From a bacterium (GTDB lineage: Bacteria > SZUA-182 > DTGQ01), in NCBI GenBank assembly GCA_040752695.1, contig JBFMGO010000054.1, forward strand, positions 1-36,367: 36,367 nucleotides of DNA, in the 5' to 3' direction. Under the pieces are notes generated by a model. That model was not told where the DNA came from, made no database searches, and saw only the letters and a program-made list of their open reading frames with translations. Positions 9,097 through 17,594 of this stretch are shown here, in pieces. The first letter of the stretch is position 1, and each line of letters begins with the position of its first letter. The translations under genes and the position numbers were made by a program.

Positions 9097-10152
9097 TCAC
9101 GAGAAGACGACCGGCCTGCCCTCAGCTTTCGCATCTTTTTTGGTATAGGCGACGCCGTCAACCTTGAGTCCTCGAGAATCGAGGAGCGTTATTGTGCCTC
9201 CTTTATTCGACAGTTGTGCTCCTTTTCCACTAAGCCGAACGACAATCGCCTGTCCAGGCTCGATCTTGCCTGTGATCGTGTCGGCTTTGTCGTGTTGGTC
9301 GAGAATCTTCCAGCCAGCCAGGTCCAGCGTGTGGTCAGAAATGTTAAGGATCGTCACAGATTCGTGACCGGGATCACCAGATTGAGGATTTACCATGGCG
9401 GCAACGATGCGTGCAAGACGATACGGTGAATCTGACGCGATCACTGGCCATGGTTCGACAGTGTCTGCTTCCGGGATCGGTATCGAGGGGACAGTTGGCG
9501 CGTCGCCTATAGGCGTGGCATCGTCTTCATGAGTGTGCCAGATTTGATTCTGGAACTTGAGAAAGAGCGCCGAAGCTGTTCCAGAGCCGGGGAAATCTAT
9601 GATAAGAGCGCCATCGCGGTAGGTACCGTTGTTGTCACCGCTACCGCCCTGGTTCATATGGATCAGGTGGACGCCGTTACCGGGCAGGAAATGGAAGTAT
9701 TCATCCCTCTTATTCTCCTCAGGACCCCACTTTTCGCCGAAAGCGTACACGACAGCCCCATCCTCAACTATGGCACGCTGCAAAAGGTCCTCTACATGCT
9801 CGAAAAGATCGTTATTCGGACCAGGCTTGAGATGTACGAGCGGCTTCATGTCCTCCGCGCGGAAGATGTTGCTTCGGATGTAGTCAATGGCTGCACCGTC
9901 CTGTACTCCATCCCTCAGGTCGTTCCAGCCGAAAGGAAGCTTGCGCGCAGAGTCGACGACCGGATGCCCGATATCGTGCATGATCAAGTACTCGACCAAT
10001 CTTTTGTAATTAGGTCCACGACTTGATCGCACATTGATAGCAATCCGGTAACTCACACCTTGAACGTCCATAAGAAGTTCGGAGTGTGGATCCTTGTCGT
10101 TGTCCCGATCGAATTTGACTGCTCTTCCTTTTAGAACACCATAGTTCTTCAT
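9097..10152 (-). CDS. YukJ/DUF2278-family protein with C-terminal lamin-tail domain
   Basis: NYGVLKG, YRIAINVRS, IDYIR, VYAFGE, GVHLIHMNQG, RDGALII; C-terminal IVAAMVNP...ESVTILN...LDLAGWKILD...LSNKGGTITL is a lamin-tail pattern. Start at ATG 10152 (GAAAGGAAG RBS). Confidence 0.85.
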   Translation of the reverse strand: MKNYGVLKGRAVKFDRDNDKDPHSELLMDVQGVSYRIAINVRSSRGPNYKRLVEYLIMHDIGHPVVDSARKLPFGWNDLRDGVQDGAAIDYIRSNIFRAEDMKPLVHLKPGPNNDLFEHVEDLLQRAIVEDGAVVYAFGEKWGPEENKRDEYFHFLPGNGVHLIHMNQGGSGDNNGTYRDGALIIDFPGSGTASALFLKFQNQIWHTHEDDATPIGDAPTVPSIPIPEADTVEPWPVIASDSPYRLARIVAAMVNPQSGDPGHESVTILNISDHTLDLAGWKILDQHDKADTITGKIEPGQAIVVRLSGKGAQLSNKGGTITLLDSRGLKVDGVAYTKKDAKAEGRPVVFS

Positions 10153-10230
10153 AAATACTTCCTTTCTTGTCGTTTTAAGTTGATAAACCACTACTGCCAT
10201 TGGCTGGTTCATCGTGCAGTTGCGGTTGGT

Positions 10231-11763
10231 TTACGCTCTCAGGACCGGGGAGGGAACTGGCGAGCCGCTTCTATCGAGGGTGTAACAATACGCTTCCTTC
10301 AGATTTATCTTGCCGCTGTCAGTGTAAATCAGCAGTCGGCTGCCATCGGTACGGGTCTTCACAATGCCGTAAGCTGTGCGGCTGAATGCGAAAAAATCCC
10401 CTCTTTCCTCGTCCTTCTTCTTATCAGTCAGCCGTGCCCAGCCTTCGAGGTTAAAGAAAGCGACCAACTCGGTCACGAAGATAAGTGGTTCATCCAGCCG
10501 GGAATACCGGCCCAAAGCACCCATGAGGGTCGCACGGGGATGGATGTACTCTTTCCTGGCCGATTCATCGCCACTTGAGACGACGCTGATGATTGGTGAG
10601 ACCATCTGAAAGAAAGCACCCGAAAAATCCGCTGACCCGTGATGTGGCACCTTGAAGACCTCAGAACGGAGATTGATTTCACCCTTTTGGTGCCTGGCCG
10701 CCAGGATGCGACTGGCCTCGTCGTTCAGGTCGCCGGAAAACAAAAAGCTGAACCCACCGTACCGGAGGCGAAAAACTATCGAATGGCCATTGATTGTGTG
10801 GGGCACCGAGAAGCCTTTGAAATTCGCTTCGCCAAAACCCATCGACTCGTGACCGATCCTTGGCCCCTTCGGAGGTTTGCCAAGAAATTTGAGGCCGGTG
10901 ACTGCTCCCTTCCTGGTCAGAATTGGCCCAAGAACGGAAATTCCCAGGTCGTCGCCTTGAAAGAAATCGAAAGCATCATCATCACCGAAGGCTATCCTGC
11001 GAAACTCGATCTTGCCACGCTCATTCCATTTCTCGAGGGCTTTCTTCCACCGGCGGAAATGCTGGTTCATCTCCGTGTCCGACATATCAAGCAGAGAGTC
11101 CACAAGCCCTGTCAGAATTGTCTCACCGTCAACGGTTTCCGTGGGGCCGAGCAGTTCCTTCTCAGGAGTGGATCTGCCGGCTCCGTTCTTGCTCGGACGT
11201 TTCACAAGGCCGTTATGATAGACCCGCTTCGGGGCTATGAAGAGTCTCTTTTTCAGATTCGGGTTGGTCTCCGACTCGTGAATCTCCGTCAATCCGGCGA
11301 AGTGATCGGCATCGCCGTGGGTCACGACCATACAGTCGATCTTTTTGGGCTCTTCTGCACTCGTTCCCCGGAAACGGGCAGCTAAATATCGGGCAAAGAG
11401 CTGATTATCGCCACCGTCCACCAGAATGATCTTTCCATCCGGGGACTCGATAATTGTCCCATCCCCTTGCTGCACATCGACAAAATTCACCTTGAGAACC
11501 TTATTGTCCTCCCGCGGAATAACTACATCGGATGGTCTCAGGCCGGATGATTTTTTGGGGCAGATGTACGCTTCAGTTGTCACCGGCAAAATACTGCCGT
11601 CCGATTTCTCCTCGTATTTAACCGTGCCGATCCGAAGGTGTTTGTCAGTCGTTTGGAGCACATCGACCTCATCGCCCCAGGCAAGCGTATGAAGTAGCTT
11701 CTTTTGGTCAGGCTGCTCGAATACATCAGCCAGATCTACGTTAATGACACATGGCGTGCCCAC
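10231..11763 (-). CDS. MBL-fold metallo-hydrolase (ComEC/Rec2-like) with a possible N-terminal SH3-like domain
   Basis: FVDVQQGDG, LVDGG, THGDADHFAGL (HxDxDH), NGHSIV, FLFSGDL, KVPHHGS, YIHP; GTG start with a G-rich RBS; no signal peptide evident. Confidence 0.88.
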   Translation of the reverse strand: MGTPCVINVDLADVFEQPDQKKLLHTLAWGDEVDVLQTTDKHLRIGTVKYEEKSDGSILPVTTEAYICPKKSSGLRPSDVVIPREDNKVLKVNFVDVQQGDGTIIESPDGKIILVDGGDNQLFARYLAARFRGTSAEEPKKIDCMVVTHGDADHFAGLTEIHESETNPNLKKRLFIAPKRVYHNGLVKRPSKNGAGRSTPEKELLGPTETVDGETILTGLVDSLLDMSDTEMNQHFRRWKKALEKWNERGKIEFRRIAFGDDDAFDFFQGDDLGISVLGPILTRKGAVTGLKFLGKPPKGPRIGHESMGFGEANFKGFSVPHTINGHSIVFRLRYGGFSFLFSGDLNDEASRILAARHQKGEINLRSEVFKVPHHGSADFSGAFFQMVSPIISVVSSGDESARKEYIHPRATLMGALGRYSRLDEPLIFVTELVAFFNLEGWARLTDKKKDEERGDFFAFSRTAYGIVKTRTDGSRLLIYTDSGKINLKEAYCYTLDRSGSPVPSPVLRA

Positions 11764-11856
11764 GTTATGATTCCCCCCCTTTTTTGTGTGACTATTGAGT
11801 ACTCATGGCAAGATACTTCGACAGATGGCTTTGATTGATTAAAAAAAATGTAATTT

Positions 11857-11885
11857 ATTCTGCTACTGCTGAAAAAGAATGTCAA
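11857..11885 (-). promoter_or_regulatory. Sigma70-type promoter for the MBL-YukJ unit, inside the MITE pair
   Basis: Minus strand TTGACA-17 nt-CAGAAT. Confidence 0.55.
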
Positions 11886-11929
11886 GAAGAATTCATCAGC
11901 AAATGCTCTGTTTTGTTTTTATTAAGAAC

Positions 11930-12028
11930 CTAGTGGGTCTTCACGGCTGAATTTGTGAAGGAGAGAGGTTGTTTTTGTCCCTCATTTAAACGCTTGTCCC
12001 CACAATTTCAAGTGTGAAGATCCACTAG
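11930..12028. mobile_element. MITE copy 2 (99 bp including CTAG at both ends)
   Basis: Same orientation as 8892-8990; single C/T difference (GTTTTTGCCCCTC vs GTTTTTGTCCCTC). Confidence 0.88.
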
Positions 12029-12339
12029 AAGTATTCGCTTAAACAAGGCATCTTATTTGGATTCAATAAGTTTACTGAACATATTTTATAAGTTTATCTG
12101 CAAGTGATTGTTTAGTTTCATAAATTTCTTTTCCATGATTTATGGATAGTTAGCCGATTATAGCTTTTTTAATCCGTCTGGCTACCCTCCTACATTAACC
12201 TTTATGAGGTAGATCATGGAAAAGAAGAGTTCTCGCAAAGTTAATTGACATGCACTCATTTTTTTCAACAGTTCTAACTCTACAGCGAGACTTTCAAGTG
12301 GGAACTTGCACTGATGCTTGATTCCACTTGGCTATCTTA

Positions 12340-12378
12340 TCAACGTCATTCTAAGCCTTCGCTCAGAATGACGGTTGA
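12340..12378. repeat. REP-like palindrome
   Basis: TCAACGTCATTCTAAGCCTTCGCTCAGAATGACGGTTGA; GTCATTCT/AGAATGAC arms. Confidence 0.55.
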
Positions 12379-12465
12379 AAGCTTCGTTGTATTAGGCAGG
12401 ATCTTATTTCCCGCTTTTTGTGAAGCGGGTCAGGGGGATAAGAATAGGCAGCTATCCAAAAAAGC

Positions 12466-12493
12466 TTGACATTAAGCGTCAGGTCATTAAAAT
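12466..12493 (+). promoter_or_regulatory. Sigma70-type promoter upstream of the PilZ gene
   Basis: TTGACA-16 nt-TAAAAT. Confidence 0.55.
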
Positions 12494-12755
12494 AGATGAG
12501 GATTTGGGGAAATCGTTGAGCGGACTTTTATTATAAATTACAATAAGGAACCAGGCTATCTTTTCCTGGAATTATAACCGATTTGAGGAGTAGTCAGAAG
12601 TGCCTGGGCGAGATTTTTGGAGAATTCAGCGTTCATCGGGCTCCTGCAGGACTTTAAGGTTGGTGCTAAGAAATGTTCCTCTGTATTCCGAAAAAAAGCC
12701 GAACTATTTAAACGTGGGTCACACAATGAAGAATACCAGGCGGAGGGCTGATGTC

Positions 12756-13124
12756 ATGATTGTCGAATCAAACGATAGAAGGACAACCAAAAGGTTTATC
12801 GCAGAAATTCCCCTCGAGTTAGTGACTCTCCCTATTACTATTGCCAAAGGATCTCAAAGCGCTCAGACTCAGAATATTAGCTGTTTTGGATTATATTGCA
12901 AATTGAGCAAATATATCCCCCCCTTCACGAATGTAGAAGTAAGCTTGTTCCTGCCTCAAAAGCAAAACACTCAGTCCCCCTCTAAAATTTCCTTTGAAGG
13001 GATCGTTGTCCGCACCGAGCCGGTAGAAGAAGGCGATAGCTGTACAGAGTATAATGTTGCCATTTTTGCACCTTCAGGTATTGACCTTAAGGATCAGCAT
13101 ATAATATCCCCTGTCGGAGATTAG
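12756..13124 (+). CDS. Stand-alone PilZ domain protein (putative c-di-GMP receptor)
   Basis: RxxxR (DRRTTKRF) and NxSxxG (NISCFGL) motifs; GGAGGG RBS before ATG 12756. Confidence 0.8.
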   Translation: MIVESNDRRTTKRFIAEIPLELVTLPITIAKGSQSAQTQNISCFGLYCKLSKYIPPFTNVEVSLFLPQKQNTQSPSKISFEGIVVRTEPVEEGDSCTEYNVAIFAPSGIDLKDQHIISPVGD

Positions 13125-13177
13125 CCGCGAAGGGGACGCGTTGCGTGTCTTTTCAGGTTTTCGATCATGAGACACGG

Positions 13178-13228
13178 CAACTGTTTTCCTTTTCCTGCAC
13201 AAGGACAACTGTTTTCCTTTTGCTGCAC
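13178..13228. repeat. 23-bp direct repeat x2 (28-bp period) upstream of mutL
   Basis: CAACTGTTTTCCTTTTCCTGCAC and CAACTGTTTTCCTTTTGCTGCAC. Confidence 0.85.
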
Positions 13229-13334
13229 GAGATGGTCGAAGTTTCAGCCTTCAGTAGACTTACTCTTTACTCTATCCACAGAGAGATAATTCGGCTCTGT
13301 TGGTTTACCGACAAGAGCACGCACTACGGAAAAT

Positions 13335-15401
13335 ATGCCGCGAATCAAGGTTTTGCCGGAAAATCTGGCCAATATGATTGCCGCAGGAGAGATTATTGAT
13401 CGGCCTGCCTCGGTCGTGAAGGAATTGGTGGAAAACGCCATCGATGCCGGGAGCGACACGATAGAAGTACATCTTTCCCGCTACGGCAAAGAGGAAATAA
13501 AAGTCATTGACAATGGCTGCGGAATGGGCCGCCACGACGCCCTTTTGGCCTTCGAGCGGCATGCTACCAGTAAAATCCGTGAGCCCGAAGATCTGCACAA
13601 GATCCTCACTCTGGGATTTCGGGGAGAAGCACTGCCCAGTATTGCCTCTGTAGCCAGATTGTCGCTCGTTACGAGGGAGAGGGGGGCAGAGATCGGCACT
13701 CAGGTGATTCTCGATGGAGGAAAATTGATTAAGGTTTCTGAAATCGGGGCTCCTTTAGGGACCTGTATTCAAGTTTTTTCTCTATTCAAGAATATTCCTG
13801 CCCGCCTCAAGTTTATGAAAAGCGATGCAGTAGAGTTCAACCACATTACTCAGATCCTGTACCAGGAGGCTATCGACCATTATCGAATCAGCTTTACGCT
13901 CAGGCACAACGGAAAAACCGTCTGGTATATGCCGGCAGTCAAAACGCTGGCCGGGCGGATTCAGCAGGCTTACGGTTATGAGATCGCTGATCATCTGCTC
14001 GAAATTAATGGCGAGTTTAAGGACTTGAGAATTCAAGGGCTTATAGGAAAAGCCACCTATACGAAGCCAAACCGCTTCTCTCAGTATACCTATGTCAATA
14101 ACCGGTTTATCCGAAGCCCGATTCTCCTGAAAGCTGTTTCCGAGGGTTATAGCCAGGTACTTCCGCGTGACCGGTTCCCGGTCTTTTTTCTGTTTCTTGG
14201 GATCCCTCCTGAGGAGGTCGATGTGAATGTGCACCCTGCTAAAATCGAAGTCCGGTTTTCCAATCAACAGGAGGTTTTCGAGGGAGTAGTCAGCCTCATT
14301 CGAAATCGGCTGGCCACCTCCCGGACTACGGCCCCCGGGATCATGGTGCCTGCTTCTTCGGCTGCACTCGACGGACCGCAAGCTACGGTGATTCATGAAT
14401 TCGAAGGGGCACCACCCGCTGCCCCTGCAAGGGGGATTTTCGTTCAGGACGGAGCGGGTGGACAACGACTCCAGTCTGAGACTGAAAGCCATACTTGTGC
14501 TCCAGCCAGAGCGGCTGGGGCGGTGGATGAACGCCAGGCAGAGGCGGTGGATGTGCGCCAGGCAGAGGCGGTGGATGTGCGCCAGGCAGAGGCGGTGGAT
14601 ATGCCCCAGGATGAAGGCAAACAGGATGCAGCTCCGCAGAATGAGGCAGTCCGGCAAAGGGAAACCACGCGGCAGGGTGAGGCAGTCCGGCAAGGCCAGG
14701 CTATCCGGCAAGGTGAGACTGTCCAGCAGGGTGAAACCGCGAGACAAGGGGAAACCACGCGGCAAGGCGGATCTATCCGGCAGAGCGAAGTCGGCGGGCA
14801 GAGCAGCGAGGATTCCCGGCAGCTCTTTCTGCCGGTGGGTGATCTTATTCAGCTCGATAACTCCTTTATTCTCTTTGAAACCAGGCTGGGCCTGGTCATT
14901 GTGGATCAGCACGCAGCTCATGAAAGGGTCCGATATGAGCAGTTACAGCAGGAATACCGCACCAAGACCCTCCACAGCCAGAGGCTTTTGGTTCCCATAA
15001 CCTTCGAGATGCCGGGGGCTACTGAAGAGTCAGCAAAAGAGTTGCTGCCCCGGCTTCACCTGCTTGGATTCGATATGGAACACTTTGGCCATGACACATT
15101 CATCATCAAGGCCACTCCGCTTTTGCTCGCCAAAAGCGATCCCAGCGAGGTCATCCAGGGTATGTTCGATGATTTCTCAGAGCTGTCCAAAAGTGATCCT
15201 CAAAGCCTGTTCGACGAACTGCTGAAGCGAATGGCCTGCTCTTCAGCCATAAAAGCAAACCACCGTTTAAGCAAAGAGGAAATGAGGAGCCTGATCGAGC
15301 AATTGCGGGCGACCTCTATGCCTTTTCGCTGCCCGCACGGCCGTCCAACCACGATACATCTTGACCTGAGGCTTTTAGAGAAGCATTTTCAGAGGACATA
15401 G
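13335..15401 (+). CDS. mutL: DNA mismatch repair endonuclease MutL
   Basis: IAAGEIIDRPASVVKELVENAIDAG, DNGCG, RHATSKI, GFRGEAL, DVNVHPAK; endonuclease motifs DQHAAHERVRYE and CPHGRP; clamp-binding-like QRLLVP. Confidence 0.98.
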   Translation: MPRIKVLPENLANMIAAGEIIDRPASVVKELVENAIDAGSDTIEVHLSRYGKEEIKVIDNGCGMGRHDALLAFERHATSKIREPEDLHKILTLGFRGEALPSIASVARLSLVTRERGAEIGTQVILDGGKLIKVSEIGAPLGTCIQVFSLFKNIPARLKFMKSDAVEFNHITQILYQEAIDHYRISFTLRHNGKTVWYMPAVKTLAGRIQQAYGYEIADHLLEINGEFKDLRIQGLIGKATYTKPNRFSQYTYVNNRFIRSPILLKAVSEGYSQVLPRDRFPVFFLFLGIPPEEVDVNVHPAKIEVRFSNQQEVFEGVVSLIRNRLATSRTTAPGIMVPASSAALDGPQATVIHEFEGAPPAAPARGIFVQDGAGGQRLQSETESHTCAPARAAGAVDERQAEAVDVRQAEAVDVRQAEAVDMPQDEGKQDAAPQNEAVRQRETTRQGEAVRQGQAIRQGETVQQGETARQGETTRQGGSIRQSEVGGQSSEDSRQLFLPVGDLIQLDNSFILFETRLGLVIVDQHAAHERVRYEQLQQEYRTKTLHSQRLLVPITFEMPGATEESAKELLPRLHLLGFDMEHFGHDTFIIKATPLLLAKSDPSEVIQGMFDDFSELSKSDPQSLFDELLKRMACSSAIKANHRLSKEEMRSLIEQLRATSMPFRCPHGRPTTIHLDLRLLEKHFQRT
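14520..14790 (+). repeat. In-frame tandem repeats in the MutL linker (24-bp unit x3 + partial; degenerate 18-bp units)
   Basis: GCGGTGGATGTGCGCCAGGCAGAG-type units at 14520, 14544, 14568 and a partial at 14592 (AVDxRQAE); then RQGE(A/T)x hexapeptide repeats to about 14790. Confidence 0.92.
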
Positions 15402-15428
15402 AAATCCGTGTCGAGAAGGCATTGAAAG

Positions 15429-16388
15429 ATGAAGATTGACCAAAAACCTCTGGCTGTTGTCTTAGGCCCTACGGCAGTCGGGAAATCCCATCTGGCTCTC
15501 GAAATGGCCCGTGCAGGCAAAGAGAGAATGACGTGGACAGCGGAAATCGTCAGCGCCGATGCCCTGCAAATCTACAAAGGCATGGATATCGGCACTGCCA
15601 AGCCTTCCGCCTATGAACGATCGCTGGTTCCTCACCACATGATCGATATTGTCTTCCCTGACGAGCAGTATAATGCGGGCAGGTATGAGCGGGAAGCAAC
15701 CGAGGCTATCGATCGCATCCACGGGGCAGGGAAAGTTCCGCTGCTTGTGGGCGGCTGCGGGCTTTACCTCAAGGCTGTTCTGCATGGCCTTTTTCAGGGG
15801 CCTGAGACTGATCTGGAACTGCGCGAAGAGCTTCGTCAGGAGGCTGAAACTCATGGAGAGTATTACCTGCACGAGAGGCTCAAAGAAATCGATCCCGAAA
15901 CCGCTCAACGGCTTCACCACAAGGATCGCCCACGGCTGATTCGCGCCATCGAGGTTTACCTGAAAACCGGCGTACCCATTTCTGTACTTCAAAAGGATCA
16001 TGCCTTCCGTAAGGTACGCTACCGGACCAGAATCATTGGATTAACGAGGGATCGCGCCGATCTTTACAGCCGGATTGAAAAAAGGGTTGACTCCATGATC
16101 GAGGAAGGTTTGGTTGCAGAAGTCGAGGGGCTGCTTGATTCGGGTTATTCGGAAAATTCAACGGCTCTTCAGGGGCTTGGATACAAACAGATAGTGGCAG
16201 CACTTAAGGGAAAGTCCTCCCTTGAGAACGCCATCCATCTGCTGAAAAAAGAAACCCGGCATTATGCCAAGCGGCAATTCACCTGGTTTCGCCAGATGGG
16301 GAATATCCACTGGATCGACCTTGGCGACTGTAGCTCTTCGGAAGAGGCACTTCATGAAATGAAAAAGGTGCTGGCAGGTCTTTTTTGA
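15429..16388 (+). CDS. miaA: tRNA dimethylallyltransferase
   Basis: GPTAVGKS, SADALQIYKGMDIGTAKP, HHMID, GLGYKQ, TRHYAKRQFTWF; follows mutL. Confidence 0.98.
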   Translation: MKIDQKPLAVVLGPTAVGKSHLALEMARAGKERMTWTAEIVSADALQIYKGMDIGTAKPSAYERSLVPHHMIDIVFPDEQYNAGRYEREATEAIDRIHGAGKVPLLVGGCGLYLKAVLHGLFQGPETDLELREELRQEAETHGEYYLHERLKEIDPETAQRLHHKDRPRLIRAIEVYLKTGVPISVLQKDHAFRKVRYRTRIIGLTRDRADLYSRIEKRVDSMIEEGLVAEVEGLLDSGYSENSTALQGLGYKQIVAALKGKSSLENAIHLLKKETRHYAKRQFTWFRQMGNIHWIDLGDCSSSEEALHEMKKVLAGLF

Positions 16389-16405
16389 CCTGCCAGCACC
16401 TTTTT
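16362..16405. terminator. Bidirectional intrinsic terminator overlapping the end of miaA
   Basis: Perfect 19-bp arms AAAAAGGTGCTGGCAGGTC and GACCTGCCAGCACCTTTTT, 6-nt loop, between convergent genes. Confidence 0.88.
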
Positions 16406-16424
16406 GAGTATCGCAAAAATCTCG

Positions 16425-16467
16425 ATAATTATAATCTTTAATAATTATAATCCTTAATAATTATAAT
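16425..16467. repeat. 16-bp tandem repeat echoing the last codons and stop of the Gly/Tyr gene
   Basis: ATAATTATAATCTTTA, ATAATTATAATCCTTA, ATAATTATAAT. Confidence 0.8.
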
Positions 16468-17401
16468 AAGGATTGGTAGTGCCGCTATAATAACTGCTGC
16501 TGGTGTAGGGGTTATAGGTGGTACCGTAAGGATTATAGGCCGTACCGTAAGGATTATAGGTCGTGCCGTAAGGGTTAGAAGAGCTATAGGTACTGGCATA
16601 GGGGTTGGTATAGTACTGGCTGTAAGCACCGTAATTGGGGCTATAATAATAGGGTGTCGAGCCGTAAGAGCCATAGCCTGTGGTGCCATAGCCGTAGCCT
16701 GTGCTGCCATAACCATATGGGCTGTAGCCTGTGCTGCCATAGCCGTAGCCTGTGCTGCCATAGCCATATGGGCTATAGCCTGTGGTGCTGTACCCGTAAG
16801 GGCTGTAGCCGGTTGAGCCATAACCATATGGGCTGTAGCCTGTGCTGCCATAGCCATAGCCTGTGCTGCCATAGCCATATGGGCTATAGCCGGTGGTGCC
16901 GTAACCATAAGAGCCATAGCCTGTGGTGCCATAGCCGTAAGGGCTGTAGCCTGTAGTACCATAGCCGTAAGGGCTGTAGCCGGTAGTAGCGCCGTAACCA
17001 TAGCCATAAGGGCTATATGCTGTAGTAGCGCCATAGCCATAGGGGCTCATCGCATAGCCGGCACCAGCAAAGGGGCTCAAGCCATATCCGGCTGCATAAG
17101 CGCCCACTCCCAGGCCACCATATCCCAATCCACCCAGGGCACCCAATCCGCCATACCCTAAGGTCCCTAATCCACCGTAACCGCCCATCAAAAGCGGATT
17201 CATCATCAGTGGATTCATAAGTCCCATCATTATGGGGTCGGACAGTATTTGATTCGTAGCCATCTGCCCCATGTACATCGGATCGAGTCCGCCAAGCAAC
17301 TGGGCCTGGGTTACCGGGACGGTGCTGAGCACTACGAGGGTCGATAAGGCAAATGCCATAATAAAAGATCTCTTCAAAAGCCTACTGGTTTTCGTATTCA
17401 C
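16454..17401 (-). CDS. Secreted low-complexity Gly/Tyr/Ser/Thr repeat protein
   Basis: GTG start with AAGGA RBS; Sec-type signal ending TQA; Met-rich segment, GGLG segment, many GYSPYGYG(S/T)T repeats, YNPYGT repeats. Third-position variation between repeat copies preserves the peptide in this frame. Confidence 0.85.
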   Translation of the reverse strand: MNTKTSRLLKRSFIMAFALSTLVVLSTVPVTQAQLLGGLDPMYMGQMATNQILSDPIMMGLMNPLMMNPLLMGGYGGLGTLGYGGLGALGGLGYGGLGVGAYAAGYGLSPFAGAGYAMSPYGYGATTAYSPYGYGYGATTGYSPYGYGTTGYSPYGYGTTGYGSYGYGTTGYSPYGYGSTGYGYGSTGYSPYGYGSTGYSPYGYSTTGYSPYGYGSTGYGYGSTGYSPYGYGSTGYGYGTTGYGSYGSTPYYYSPNYGAYSQYYTNPYASTYSSSNPYGTTYNPYGTAYNPYGTTYNPYTSSSYYSGTTNPYYNY

Positions 17402-17594
17402 AATTCTTATCCTTTCTGTTCCTTCTCTCTTCTTCTCCCCCCTGAGACAATCAGAGAAAACGCCCTTGAATCTCCTACCATACAGTAACGAACACTTGAG
17501 TCTTACGACCCGAAAGATACTTCCAAAATCACCTCCCTTTTTTTGCCCCGCTGTTACAGTCTCTCATTTTCTCAGGTAAAAAAAGTGCTGATTT

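Larger units (their letters stand above)
8892..12028. mobile_element. Candidate MITE-bracketed composite element (two cargo genes, no transposase)
   Basis: Two directly oriented, near-identical MITEs enclose a promoter plus a two-gene unit unrelated to the flanking genes. Confidence 0.55.

Noticed and set aside
12595..12750. Riboswitch (c-di-GMP) or 6S RNA upstream of the PilZ gene
   Set aside because: Only a short GCCTGG/CCAGGC pairing is visible; I could not find the conserved cores. An Rfam scan would settle it.
13782..14921. 379-aa antisense ORF and other alternate-frame ORFs over mutL
   Set aside because: Shadow ORFs kept open by codon bias and in-frame repeats; no motifs.
16438..17040. 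Ala/Met/Thr-rich 200-aa ORF and Cys/His-rich 100-aa antisense ORF (16654-16956)
   Set aside because: Alternate frames of the Gly/Tyr repeat gene; only the Gly/Tyr frame has an RBS, a signal peptide and synonymous variation.
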